The notes under the pieces: generated by a model
Databases searched by the model: none
The model's input: only the letters and a program-made list of their open reading frames with translations
What the model was told of the DNA's origin: nothing
Position numbers and translations under genes: made by a program
NCBI GenBank assembly: GCA_938027655.1
Contig: CALJAP010000085.1
Location: 1 to 62,709 of the forward strand
From: an uncultured bacterium
GTDB taxonomy: Bacteria; Armatimonadota; HRBIN16
Reading direction: 5' to 3'
Length of the DNA: 62,709 nt
In this document: positions 17,083 to 26,994 of the stretch, one piece after another
Layout of the letters: each line of letters starts with the position of its first letter
Numbering within the stretch: the first letter of the stretch is position 1

Positions 17083-19377
17083 ATGCTTAGAAGAGCATTC
17101 GTCAGTGCAGCAGCCTTATTTGCTGCTCCGGTCGCAGTCAGTGGTAATCAACCCATGCTGGTTAAAAAGGGAGAGGCGAAGGCGGTTATAGTAGTTGGTG
17201 AGAAGGCTTCGGGGTTCGAGCGATGGGTAGCCACAGAACTGCAGGAGTACATCAAGAAGCTGTCGGGAGCCGAACTGCCCATCACAGATAATCCCCAGGT
17301 AGCAGGCAAAAAGCTACTCGTGCTCGTTGGTACTCTGCAAAGCCATCCGCTGATAGCCGAAGCCCAGCAAAAAGGGTTGGTAGACATCGCTACCCTTAAG
17401 CCAGATGGATTTGTGTTGAAAAGCACAACACTGGCAGGGCGTCCTTGTCTGATTGTTGCTGGCAACGACGAGGCGGGCGCCATGTATGCAGTGTATGAAT
17501 TATTGGAGCGGCTGGGCATCGTGTTCCAGTACACCAACGACATCATCCCTTGGCAGAAACGCGACCTTGCCCTGCCGCCTCTAGACGTGCGCATGGAGCC
17601 TGCGTTCAAATATCGAGGTACGCACTGCTGCCACGGCATCCGCTGGTATATGGGGCTGGACGACTTCCGCAAGGAGATTGACCAGATGGCAAAGTTAAAA
17701 ATGAACGTTCTGCAGTTCTTCTGGGGCATGGGAGCGCCGTGGGTGGAGTTCTCCTACAAAGGGAAGAAAGCCGAAATCCTCTACCCCGCAGAGTCTGGAT
17801 ACTGTGCTTGGGAATACAACTACGGTACCGCTGCCAGTGTGAAGGTGGGGCGGGAGTGTTTCCCGCAGGAGTATCTTGGTCCGCCGGAGTTTGCGCATGT
17901 GCAGACGCAGGAGGAAGCGTACGCTACTGCCCGCGAGTTTCTCAAAAAGATTATTCGGCACGCTCACCAGAGAAAGGTGCAGGTCTGGTTGGCAGTTGGG
18001 GAGATGACCTATGTTCCGCCAAACTTAGTACCTCCGCCAGAGAAGAGGCTGGGGTTTGACCCCTTCTACTGCGGGGTTGCCGTTCCGCACGGAGACCCTG
18101 CTGCACTGGATATCTATGAAGCAGCGCTGTTAAGCATGATTGAGAATTACCCAGAGGCAGACCGCTACTGGGTAGTGACAGGCTCGGAAGCCCATATTTC
18201 AGCGGAAGACCCACGTACGCAGGAGATGATTCGTGAATATGCCCATCTACGCCCTTTGATTCCTTCTAAATCGGAGGCACAGATGGACATCGATGTGGCT
18301 GATGTCGCCTGTGCCGATAAACTGGTGCGCCGCATCAAGGCGCGCTATCCCCATGCAAAACTTGGGGTCGAGCTCATTTTCCGAGGTGGGCAAATCAAAG
18401 CGCTAGACGCAGTGCTGCCCAAAGACGTTTGGCTGATGAACATGGTGAACTGGGAAGGGGAAGCACATGTCGACTACTTTCAGGGCATCGAAGGCAGAGA
18501 GATGGTTGTCTGGCCCCGCCTGACAGACGATGGGGGCGAGCTGCACATGCAACTCAACGCCATGATGTACGACGCGGAGGAGACCATCAGCGGCGCTTTC
18601 CGCTACGGTGTGAGCGGGATTGTTGGGCAATTGAACAAAGCGCGCGGCGCTGAACCAAATGTACGCTATATCGCCGAGGGCGCGTGGAATCCGGACATCC
18701 GCTGTGACACTTTCTATGAAAGCTACCTGTCTCGCCTGTTCGGCCCGGATGCCAAAGAGCTGCTTGTAAAAGCCTACTTGCTTCTTGAAGAGAACGAGAA
18801 GGCGTTAGGCTGGCACGGAAGGATGGGGTTGTTTGGCACTTACCACCACGGTAATGCCTTTGGCATTGACCTGAGGCAGGTTGACTACAAACAAGAGCAG
18901 CTGCAAGTCAATCGGGAGGAGCTGGACAGAGCTGTTCAGTCAGCCGAGCAGGCGCGTCGCTTCTGGGAAGAGCGTGCGGCGCATTGTCGCAAAGCGCTGG
19001 AGTTGATGCGGCAGGCTTATGACAAGGTGCTGCCCGGCTCGCGTGAGGAACTGGATTACGTCATCTATAAGACGAAGAACTTCGTCACGCTTCTCGATGA
19101 ATTGGTCGCTGCGCACGAGTGCAAGGCGGCCTTCGACAGGGCGTTGCTGGCAATCAGTGCCGGCGAAATGGCTCAAGCAGAACAACACTTGCAGCACGCT
19201 CAGCAAGCTTTGAACAAGGCGAACCGGCTGGTGGTGGAAGCTGCCAAGCAGATGATACCTTACGCCCACCACATCCCTACCGAAAGGCACATCCTGTACC
19301 TTTTCAACGATGCCATTCCGTCGCATGAATACGCACAGAGCTACTTGAGCGAGTTCATCCGGTTCTACAAGAGATAG
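17083..19377 (+). CDS. Exported glycoside-hydrolase-like protein with GH67/GH20-type N-terminal domain
   Basis: Twin-arginine-like signal MLRRAFVSAAALF. AxELQEYIKKLSGAELPI...DGFVL...G.MYAVYELLERLG N-domain. P.FKYRG...DQMAKLKMNVLQ barrel start. Confidence 0.65.
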   Translation: MLRRAFVSAAALFAAPVAVSGNQPMLVKKGEAKAVIVVGEKASGFERWVATELQEYIKKLSGAELPITDNPQVAGKKLLVLVGTLQSHPLIAEAQQKGLVDIATLKPDGFVLKSTTLAGRPCLIVAGNDEAGAMYAVYELLERLGIVFQYTNDIIPWQKRDLALPPLDVRMEPAFKYRGTHCCHGIRWYMGLDDFRKEIDQMAKLKMNVLQFFWGMGAPWVEFSYKGKKAEILYPAESGYCAWEYNYGTAASVKVGRECFPQEYLGPPEFAHVQTQEEAYATAREFLKKIIRHAHQRKVQVWLAVGEMTYVPPNLVPPPEKRLGFDPFYCGVAVPHGDPAALDIYEAALLSMIENYPEADRYWVVTGSEAHISAEDPRTQEMIREYAHLRPLIPSKSEAQMDIDVADVACADKLVRRIKARYPHAKLGVELIFRGGQIKALDAVLPKDVWLMNMVNWEGEAHVDYFQGIEGREMVVWPRLTDDGGELHMQLNAMMYDAEETISGAFRYGVSGIVGQLNKARGAEPNVRYIAEGAWNPDIRCDTFYESYLSRLFGPDAKELLVKAYLLLEENEKALGWHGRMGLFGTYHHGNAFGIDLRQVDYKQEQLQVNREELDRAVQSAEQARRFWEERAAHCRKALELMRQAYDKVLPGSREELDYVIYKTKNFVTLLDELVAAHECKAAFDRALLAISAGEMAQAEQHLQHAQQALNKANRLVVEAAKQMIPYAHHIPTERHILYLFNDAIPSHEYAQSYLSEFIRFYKR

Positions 19378-19387
19378 CATCTCCAAC

Positions 19388-19454
19388 TCTGGAGGGCAAA
19401 CCTCTCGGTGAGCCGAAACACTATGATGGCTCGGCGGGAGCCTCGCCCTCCAGA
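19388..19454. repeat. REP-like palindromic element (inverted pair)
   Basis: Left arm TCTGGAGGGCAAACCTCTCGGTGAGCC and right arm GGCTCGGCGGGAGCCTCGCCCTCCAGA are imperfect reverse complements. The right arm recurs at 59622 and 62656. Confidence 0.8.
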
Positions 19455-19561
19455 AAAACGAACCTTGGCAAAACGCGAGCCACCGCACCTCGTACAGCGC
19501 GGCGGGAATGGGTTCTCTGGAGGTATGTTCGCTTTAAGAAACTATGTTCTCAGGAGGCACT

Positions 19562-21169
19562 ATGCAAGAGCACTTTCAGGAGTTTCTGGAAAAGCATGTG
19601 AGCGAGGTTCGTCCGCTCGCCAGGGAGACCGCGCTAACTTGGTGGGAGGCGAACGTCACAGGTAGCGAAGAGGCTTTCGAGCGGGGCGCTGCTCTGCAGG
19701 CGCAGCTGATGAAGATATACGCTCGCGAAGATGAGTACCGCCTGTTGCAAAGCATCCCCAGCGAGAGCCTTTCCAATCCTCTCTTACGTCGCCAGCACAA
19801 GCTGCTGCTGGACGAATACCGCGGACACCAAATGTCCGAGAAGACTATCGACGAAATCGTGCAGCGCGAAAAGGAGATTGAAAAGGAGTACAATACCTAC
19901 CGCGCGCTCTTTGGTGGCGAGCGTGTGAGCGACAACACCTTACGCGAAATCCTGCTGAAGAGCGACGACAGCGAGCAACGACGCGAGGCGTGGGAAGCTA
20001 CCAAACAAATCGGGGAGCGTGTGGCAGAGGCGGTACGCGATTTGGTGCGCATCCGCAACCGCGAGGCGCGACGGCTGGGCTTCCGCGACTACTATGCCAT
20101 GCAGCTGGAACTGCAAGAGCTGGACGAGGGCCGCCTGTTCGCCCTGCTCGAGGAGCTGCATCGGCTCAGCGACGAGCCCTTCCGCCGATACAAGCAGAGA
20201 CTGGACGAACGCCTCGCCCAGCGTTTCGGGGTGACGGTGGAGGAGCTGCGCCCATGGCACTACACCGATCCCTTCTTCCAGAGCCCTCCGCCCGGCGAGG
20301 TAGACTTGAACCCGCTGTTCGAAGGCAAGGACATCGAAGCCATTTCGCGCGCCTTCTACGCCTCTGTCGGTCTGCCGGTGGAACCCATCCTGGAGCGCAG
20401 CGACCTCTACGAGAGAGAAGGCAAAAGCCAGCACGCCTTCTGCACCGACATCGACCGCGAGGGCGACGTGCGTGTGTTATGCAACCTCCGTCCCAGCGAA
20501 CGATGGATGGGCACAATGCTGCACGAGCTGGGACATGCGGTGTACGATTACTATATTGACCGCTCTCTGCCCTATCTGCTGCGTACGCCAGCACACACGC
20601 TCAGCACCGAAGCCATTGCCATGCTGTTCGGCAGGATGCACCGCAACGCCGAGTGGCTGAAGCGTTACGTGGGCATCTCCGATGAACAGGCGCAGCAGGT
20701 GGTGCGCCCCGCTGTTGAGGAGATGCAGGCACAGCTGATTGTGTTTACCCGCTGGGTGCTGGTCATGACGCACTTCGAACGCGCCCTGTACGCCGACCCC
20801 GATGGCGACCTGAATAGCCTCTGGTGGCAGCTGGTGGAGAAATACCAGTGGCTGCGCAAACCTGAGGGACGCAACGCCCCCGATTGGGCGGCGAAGATAC
20901 ATATCGCGCTGGCGCCGGTATACTACCAGAACTACATTCTCGGCGAGATGGAGGCGTCGCAACTTGTACATGTGCTGCGCAATCAGGTGCTGGCAGGCGA
21001 GCCGAAGCACGCACTGGTTTCCAGCCCCAAGGTGGGCACGTTCCTGAAGCAGAAAGTGTTCTCTACCGGTGCGTCACTGCCCTGGGAAGAGGCTCTGGAG
21101 TATGCCACCGGCGAGCGGTTGAACCCGGCTTACTTCGTGGCACAGATGGAGGCAGAGGAACCGATTTGA
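19562..21169 (+). CDS. Zinc metallopeptidase, M3/M2-like (oligoendopeptidase)
   Basis: Start ATG 19562 (AGGAGG). HELGH zinc motif, downstream E in LSTEAIAM, HI...YYQNY. Confidence 0.88.
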   Translation: MQEHFQEFLEKHVSEVRPLARETALTWWEANVTGSEEAFERGAALQAQLMKIYAREDEYRLLQSIPSESLSNPLLRRQHKLLLDEYRGHQMSEKTIDEIVQREKEIEKEYNTYRALFGGERVSDNTLREILLKSDDSEQRREAWEATKQIGERVAEAVRDLVRIRNREARRLGFRDYYAMQLELQELDEGRLFALLEELHRLSDEPFRRYKQRLDERLAQRFGVTVEELRPWHYTDPFFQSPPPGEVDLNPLFEGKDIEAISRAFYASVGLPVEPILERSDLYEREGKSQHAFCTDIDREGDVRVLCNLRPSERWMGTMLHELGHAVYDYYIDRSLPYLLRTPAHTLSTEAIAMLFGRMHRNAEWLKRYVGISDEQAQQVVRPAVEEMQAQLIVFTRWVLVMTHFERALYADPDGDLNSLWWQLVEKYQWLRKPEGRNAPDWAAKIHIALAPVYYQNYILGEMEASQLVHVLRNQVLAGEPKHALVSSPKVGTFLKQKVFSTGASLPWEEALEYATGERLNPAYFVAQMEAEEPI

Positions 21170-21188
21170 GGAGGGAACGAGGAAGGCT

Positions 21189-21524
21189 CTATCTGCTCTC
21201 GCGCTGTATCTCCTCGCGGCGAGCCCGAAACGGCTCGCCCAATGCGTCTTCAAACGGTGGCAGCTAGCGGCTGATATAGCCCTCGTCCGGGTTCGGGTTC
21301 TCCAGCACCAGCAGGTCACGAAACATAAACACTCTCTCCGCCCTTGCCTTGACGGGGATGTTCTCGAACGCATCCTCCTGCGGAAGGACACCCAGCAGCA
21401 ACGCTTCTTCCCATAGTGCCTCTACAAGGCGCAGGTTGCGCTCATAATCCGCCGGCTGACTACGACAGAGGTTATCCTCCCACCCGCGCCAGCAGGCGGT
21501 GTCGGCAATCATTGTTCTCACCAC
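21189..21524 (-). pseudogene. Small hypothetical gene fused to a probable nucleotidyltransferase remnant
   Basis: Small ORF (DYERNLRLVEALWEEALLLGVLP) runs into MFRDLL-VLENPNPDEGYISR*LPPFEDALGEPF. The in-frame TAG sits where Trp would be expected. Family assignment from recollection only. Confidence 0.45.
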
Positions 21525-21533
21525 ATCACGATT

Positions 21534-22358
21534 CTACCCTGTCTGCAACCGTCCTGTTCGGCTCAGTCGGGGGTAGTTCGGCTCTCCCTCACCGGTGTAA
21601 CGCGCCCGCGTGCTGATGAAATCGAGCACAAATGCCCAGCGCGGATGCGGCGAGCGATTGGGCGCAGAATAGTGCAGCACCATACCATCGTGCAATACCA
21701 CATCACCCGCCTTAGCCTCCACCATCACCGCTCGCGAGGGGTCTATCCGCGACTCGTCCACAGCCAGATGGGCCACGCTCTCTGTCCATGTGGTTGCGGT
21801 GGTCAAGTTGCCCCACCGGTGACTGCCCGGAATATATTGCATACAGCCGTTTTCGGCGGTGGCATCGTCCAGCGCCATCCACACTGCCACGTGCAGATAG
21901 GGTTCCTTCGGCTCGAAGGGAAAGTAGGGAATGTCCTGGTGCCAGGGCTTCTCCACGCCGATATACGGGGGCTTCAAGAGCGACTTGTCGGCAAAGAACC
22001 ACACTTCGTCGCCCAGAATGGGGGTTATCAGGGAGAGAATACGCTCGTCCTGCGCTATGCGGGTGATTAGAGCATCATTGCCAAACAAATTCCAGACCTT
22101 GCGTGCTGCCATCGCGGGGTCTTCCACTTGCACTTTCCCCGACAGCACGGCAGGCTCAAGCTGGATGAACACCCCGTTGTGGCTGACGGTGCCGTCTTCT
22201 GGCACGTGCCCGGAGCGAAGCATCGCAAGACCTGCATGTAAATATTCTGCTAGGGTGCGCTTGATGGAATCTACCTCTTCCTGCGTGAGTACGCCACGCA
22301 CTGCGAGAAAACCATCCCTTTCGTATTGCGCTTTCTGCTCGGAAGACAGGCTCATCAT
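21534..22358 (-). CDS. Phytanoyl-CoA dioxygenase (PhyH) family Fe(II)/2-oxoglutarate oxygenase
   Basis: WHQD HxD motif, WMALDDATAENGCMQYIPGSH, distal H and R (LHYSAPN...R). Confidence 0.92.
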   Translation of the reverse strand: MMSLSSEQKAQYERDGFLAVRGVLTQEEVDSIKRTLAEYLHAGLAMLRSGHVPEDGTVSHNGVFIQLEPAVLSGKVQVEDPAMAARKVWNLFGNDALITRIAQDERILSLITPILGDEVWFFADKSLLKPPYIGVEKPWHQDIPYFPFEPKEPYLHVAVWMALDDATAENGCMQYIPGSHRWGNLTTATTWTESVAHLAVDESRIDPSRAVMVEAKAGDVVLHDGMVLHYSAPNRSPHPRWAFVLDFISTRARYTGEGEPNYPRLSRTGRLQTG

Positions 22359-22491
22359 CTCTCTTTTCCTCCCTGACTCGGTTGGTACTTTTAGTTTAGC
22401 AAAAGGTTACTCATGGGTCAATCCCCTTTCCCTCCTCCCCCGCAGGAAAACAGCCATCTTGCGCGTATCTATTTCTCAGGGGGAATAGCTT

Positions 22492-22935
22492 ATGATACAA
22501 CGTATCCTTCTGGCAACCGACGGCTCGGAGACCGCGCTGAAAGCCACGCGCTGGGCGGCGGAGCTGGCAAAGAAGTATGGAGCAAGGGTAACGGTGCTTC
22601 ACGTGGTGCACATCCCTGCCGCGCTGGCAGGCTCTACGGTGTTGCCCGGAGGCGCAACCGACGTAGCAGTTGTCACCCGGCTAATGGAACAGGCAGCGGA
22701 AGGGGTTCTCACAATCACCACGCCCCTGCTGGAAGAGGCGCAGGTAGAATACAGCACGCGCGTGGAGTACGGTCATACTGCAGAGACGATTGTAAAAGTA
22801 GCCAACGAAGAGGGTGCCGACCTGATTGTGATGGGCTCGCGCGGTTTGACTGCGGCTTCGGCGTTGCTGCTAGGCAGTGTGTCGCACAAGGTGCTCCACG
22901 CGGTGCACGACAAGCCCGTTCTCATTGTGCGATGA
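22492..22935 (+). CDS. Universal stress protein (UspA family)
   Basis: ILLATDGS, DLIVMGSRG...LLGSVSHKV. Confidence 0.95.
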   Translation: MIQRILLATDGSETALKATRWAAELAKKYGARVTVLHVVHIPAALAGSTVLPGGATDVAVVTRLMEQAAEGVLTITTPLLEEAQVEYSTRVEYGHTAETIVKVANEEGADLIVMGSRGLTAASALLLGSVSHKVLHAVHDKPVLIVR

Positions 22936-23546
22936 GAGACGAACACACACAACGCTGGCAGCAGCGTTATCGCGAATCACCGCCAGAACAGATGCCCTGG
23001 CACCGCGAGCAACCGGCGGAGTCACTGGTGGAAGCGGTACGTCGCGGGCTTCTGCCGAAGGGAGTGACGGTAGACCTGGGGTGCGGCACCGGAACCGACC
23101 TGATGTATCTTGCCCAGCAAGGCTACCGTGTTATCGGCGTGGATATCGCCATCGAGCCCTTGCGCTTTGCCCGACAACGGTTTCGACAGGCAGGGCTGGA
23201 TATTCCCTTAATTCAGGCGGATGCACGGTTCTTGCCCTTTCGCGACGCCAGCATCAACCTGATTTGCGATTCCGGTTGTTTCCACTCTTTCGATCCGGAG
23301 ATACGCCCGATGTACGCCCGTTCGGTGGCGCGGGTGCTGAAGCCCGGGGGCATCCTGTTCATGCGGGAGTTTCACGCCGACCAGCCCCAACCCCCGGAGG
23401 GTGGTCCCTATCGGCTGAAGCTGGAGGAGTTCGTTGAGGTGTTTACACCCTACTTCCGCTTTCTCAGCGTGGGGGAAACGTATCACCACGACCTCCCGCC
23501 TGACCGTCGCAGGCTGCATGTGATTCACCTCCAGCGCAAGCGATAA
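22932..23546 (+). CDS. Class I SAM-dependent methyltransferase
   Basis: Start ATG 22932 overlaps the usp stop (ATGA). VDLGCGTG, GVDI, DSGCFH, LKPGG. Confidence 0.88.
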   Translation: MRDEHTQRWQQRYRESPPEQMPWHREQPAESLVEAVRRGLLPKGVTVDLGCGTGTDLMYLAQQGYRVIGVDIAIEPLRFARQRFRQAGLDIPLIQADARFLPFRDASINLICDSGCFHSFDPEIRPMYARSVARVLKPGGILFMREFHADQPQPPEGGPYRLKLEEFVEVFTPYFRFLSVGETYHHDLPPDRRRLHVIHLQRKR

Positions 23547-23601
23547 CCTGTTTTGAGGTATAATTGGGCAAAAGGAGTGGGAGCACTCACGGGAAGCATT
23601 T

Positions 23602-24420
23602 ATGCTCTATCGTTTAGGCATCTTGTTCTTGTTGCTGCACGCACTGGTTGCGGGCTTTAGCTGCGCCGGCACCTGGGCGCTGTACAACCTGTCAGAGATA
23701 CCGAACTGGGATTACACTGCCGTTACCTTCTGGCTGGGCATCGCCAACGTGGTAACGGGCGTCCTTACCGCTCTCTTGCTCATGGCATATCGGGAGGGCT
23801 GGAAAGCCACGTTGACGTTGCTGGCTCTGTGTATCGTTCTGGCGGGCGGCATGGAACTCCTGGGCACTACCACTGGCATTCCGTTCGGAAAGTATTCCTA
23901 TACCGACCTGCTCGGTCCGAAACTGCTGGGGCATGTTCCCTACCTGATCCCTCTCTCGTGGATGATGATGCTGTACCCTTCGATGATGCTGGCACAGATC
24001 TTTTCATCCCCAGTATGGCTGCGTCCGGTGCTGGCAGGGTTCATCCTAACCGTCTGGGATTTCGCGATGGACCCCGCCATGACTACCGGCTTCGCCTATT
24101 GGCAGTGGCACACAGAAGGCGGCTTCTACGGCATGCCCTACGTCAACTGGTTGGGATGGTGGCTGACCGGCACACTGTTGGCAGCGGCTTTCTGGAAAGT
24201 CAGTAGGGAGTGGCAAGGGCACTGGGAACCCGCTGCGCTCGCTCTTTACCTGATACAAGGTGCATTTATGGCAGGGTTGGCGTGGCTGTACATGCGCCCT
24301 CTGGCTTCGTCGCTGTGGCTGGTGTCGGTGGTGGTGCTGATGTGGCTCGTGTGGAGAAAACGACGCAGGCAAACGGTCTTATCGGGGGAGGTTCCGGCAT
24401 GGCGCACGTCCTCGTCGTAG
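23602..24420 (+). CDS. cruF: Carotenoid biosynthesis membrane protein (CruF-type 1',2'-hydratase family)
   Basis: ELLGTTTGIPFGKYSY, VPYLIPLSW, WDFAMDP, YWQW...FYGMPYVNWLGW. First gene of the crt cluster. Confidence 0.8.
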   Translation: MLYRLGILFLLLHALVAGFSCAGTWALYNLSEIPNWDYTAVTFWLGIANVVTGVLTALLLMAYREGWKATLTLLALCIVLAGGMELLGTTTGIPFGKYSYTDLLGPKLLGHVPYLIPLSWMMMLYPSMMLAQIFSSPVWLRPVLAGFILTVWDFAMDPAMTTGFAYWQWHTEGGFYGMPYVNWLGWWLTGTLLAAAFWKVSREWQGHWEPAALALYLIQGAFMAGLAWLYMRPLASSLWLVSVVVLMWLVWRKRRRQTVLSGEVPAWRTSSS

Positions 24421-25871
24421 GCGCAGGGATTGGCGGATTGGCGTCGGCGGCTCGTCTGGCGCACGCCGGTCATCAGGTTACCCTGATAGAACAGCGCGAC
24501 CAACTGGGCGGGCGGGTCGGACAGCTGGAGCGCGATGGGTTTCGATTTGATACCGGTCCTACCCTCCTGATGATGCTCGACCCGCTGGAGAAGCTGTTTC
24601 GCGACCTGCACCGGCGTCTGGAAGATTACCTGCAGCCGGTACTGCTCACCCCTTCCTATCGCGTGTTCTACGCCGACGGCACACGCTTTGACTCCTCTCC
24701 CTGCATTGCCAGCATGGTGCGCGAAATCGCCCAGAAGATGTCGCCGGACGAGGTACCGGGCTACCTGCGCCTCATGGCGGACCTGTCGGCGATGCTTCAC
24801 GAGGTCGTGCCTGCTTTCGTTCGCCGGAACTATCGCTCTGTCGCCGACCTGCTGGGAGCGAAGCAGATTAGTTTGCTACTGAAACATCACCTGCTGGCGA
24901 ACCTTTACCGGCGCATTGCCCGCTACGCTCGCGACCCACGCCTCAGGATGCTGTTCACCTTCCAAACGATGTATCTGGGCTTATCGCCGCTCGAGGCGCC
25001 GTGGGTGTATGCCATTCTGACCTACATGGAGTCGGGGGAGGGCGTATGGTTTCCGCGTGGAGGCATGTATCAGCTGGTGCGCGCGCTGGAGACGGTCGTC
25101 CGCGAAGAGGGAGTGCAGATACGCACGGGGGAGCGCGTGGAAGAGGTGCTCATCGACGCGGGTAGGGCGAAGGGAGTATGCCTCGCCTCCGGCGAAAAGG
25201 TGAACGGTGACCTTGTGGTGCTGAACGTTGACGTGCCCACTGCTTACAACAAGCTCTTGCCGCCGACCAAACAGGCACGGCGCAGGTGGCGCAACTCGTG
25301 CAGCGCACTGGTGCTTTGTATAGGCTACGAGCGCCGTCTTCCCACGTTGCTGCACCATAACGTGCACTTCAGCGGGGATTTCGAGCGCAACCTGCAGGAG
25401 ATTTTCGTGCACCAGGTGATCCCCGAAGAGCCTTCCTTCTACACCTGCCTTTCGGCGCGAACCGAGCCTTCCGACGCGCCGGAGGGATGCGAGAACCTCT
25501 ACGTGCTGATTCCCGTACCCAACCGGTCGGGAGAGGACGTCTCCGTGCACAAAGAGGAGGTGATAGACAAAGTTTTCAGCCGATTGGAACGGGAAGCAGG
25601 CTTGCGTCGCGAGGGCGTTCGCTTTGTGGAGAGCCTCGCGCCGGCGGAGTGGGAAGCGATGGGACTGTGGCAGGGAGCCGCTTTTGGGCTTAGCCATCAC
25701 TTTTTCCAGTCCACCTGTTTTCGTCCGTCCAATCGCGCCCCGTTCGATGGGGTGTACTTTGTCGGCGCAAGCACCGTGCCTGGCAACGGCATCCCGATGG
25801 TGCTCATCTCGGCGGAGCTGTTGCAACAGCGGATAGAGCAGGAGGTCGTCGCTCCGCGAGGCAAGGGATAA
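24399..25871 (+). CDS. crtI: Phytoene desaturase family protein
   Basis: Start ATG 24399. GAGIGGL FAD motif, FRFDTGP, FPRGGM, YFVGASTVPGNGIPMVLISA. Confidence 0.88.
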   Translation: MAHVLVVGAGIGGLASAARLAHAGHQVTLIEQRDQLGGRVGQLERDGFRFDTGPTLLMMLDPLEKLFRDLHRRLEDYLQPVLLTPSYRVFYADGTRFDSSPCIASMVREIAQKMSPDEVPGYLRLMADLSAMLHEVVPAFVRRNYRSVADLLGAKQISLLLKHHLLANLYRRIARYARDPRLRMLFTFQTMYLGLSPLEAPWVYAILTYMESGEGVWFPRGGMYQLVRALETVVREEGVQIRTGERVEEVLIDAGRAKGVCLASGEKVNGDLVVLNVDVPTAYNKLLPPTKQARRRWRNSCSALVLCIGYERRLPTLLHHNVHFSGDFERNLQEIFVHQVIPEEPSFYTCLSARTEPSDAPEGCENLYVLIPVPNRSGEDVSVHKEEVIDKVFSRLEREAGLRREGVRFVESLAPAEWEAMGLWQGAAFGLSHHFFQSTCFRPSNRAPFDGVYFVGASTVPGNGIPMVLISAELLQQRIEQEVVAPRGKG

Positions 25872-25875
25872 AAGG

Positions 25876-26994
25876 ATGATGGCGCAATGGATACTGCCCG
25901 TCCTGCTGGTGCAGACCGTTATCTTGCTGGCTAACATCCTGCACTGGAAAAGGCGCAGAGCAGCGCTGATTACACAGCGGTCGGACGACCTGCCGAAGGT
26001 CAGCGTGCTGATACCTGTGCGCAATGAGCGACAGCGGTTGCCGGAGCTGGTGCGCATGCTCCAGTGCCAGAACCCTGCCCCTTCTGAAATCATCCTCTGC
26101 GACGATGGCTCCGATGATGGCAGTACCCAGTGGCTACAGCAGAATCTGCCTGTCCACCCCGCTCAGCGGATAAGCTGGTTCCCTGCGCCGCCAAAACCAC
26201 CCGGTTGGGTCGGCAAGAACTGGGCATGTCATCAGCTGGCACAGCGCGCACAGGGCGACTGGCTACTGTTTCTGGATGCAGATCTGACAATGGAGCCGCA
26301 CAGCATCGCCTCGCTGGCTCGGATTCTAGCAGGGTGCGACCAGGCACAACTGGTCACCGCAATCCCCAGCCTGCAAGCACGCAGTCTGCCCATTGGTCTA
26401 CTCAAGCTGATGGTTCCGTTTTCGGTATTCACCTTGTTGCCGCTGACTTTTGCCGAGAAGCACCCGCATCCTTCGTTTGGCTTCGCCAACGGCCAGGTGA
26501 TGGCTTTCCCACGCGAATACTATCGGCGTTTTCAGCCACACTACCTCGCGCATTATACTGTGCTCGAGGACGTAAGGATAGCGCGAGAGGTGAAAAAGCA
26601 TGGGGCGACGGTGCGTATTCTGGATGCGCGCGAGCTGTTCCGCGTGAGCATGTACGATACCGTGCGTCAGGCGGTAGACGGCTTCTCCAAGAACGGCGTT
26701 GCTATCTGCGGTTCGGTTCCGAGTGCTATCGCTGTTGCGCTCGCCCTGCTGGCAGTCTACCTGTTACCGATTGCCGAAGGTGTGCGGTTTGGCTTTACCG
26801 TCTGGCATGGCGCCGATTACCTGTTGAGTATCAGCCTGTTTGCTGTGTCGGGGTGGATGGCAGGCTTGCCCCCATGGTACGGGCTTCTCTACCCGTTCAG
26901 CATAGCGGTCGGCGAGTTCGTATTGTGGCGCTCCATTGTCTGGTATATCCGGGGGGAGGTATGGTGGAAAGGACGCACATACCCGCTACGATAA
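25876..26994 (+). CDS. GT2 glycosyltransferase (carotenoid glycosyltransferase-like)
   Basis: SVLIPVRNE, DDGSDDG, GWVGKNWAC, FLDAD, ANGQ, LEDV. Located in the crt cluster. Confidence 0.88.
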   Translation: MMAQWILPVLLVQTVILLANILHWKRRRAALITQRSDDLPKVSVLIPVRNERQRLPELVRMLQCQNPAPSEIILCDDGSDDGSTQWLQQNLPVHPAQRISWFPAPPKPPGWVGKNWACHQLAQRAQGDWLLFLDADLTMEPHSIASLARILAGCDQAQLVTAIPSLQARSLPIGLLKLMVPFSVFTLLPLTFAEKHPHPSFGFANGQVMAFPREYYRRFQPHYLAHYTVLEDVRIAREVKKHGATVRILDARELFRVSMYDTVRQAVDGFSKNGVAICGSVPSAIAVALALLAVYLLPIAEGVRFGFTVWHGADYLLSISLFAVSGWMAGLPPWYGLLYPFSIAVGEFVLWRSIVWYIRGEVWWKGRTYPLR

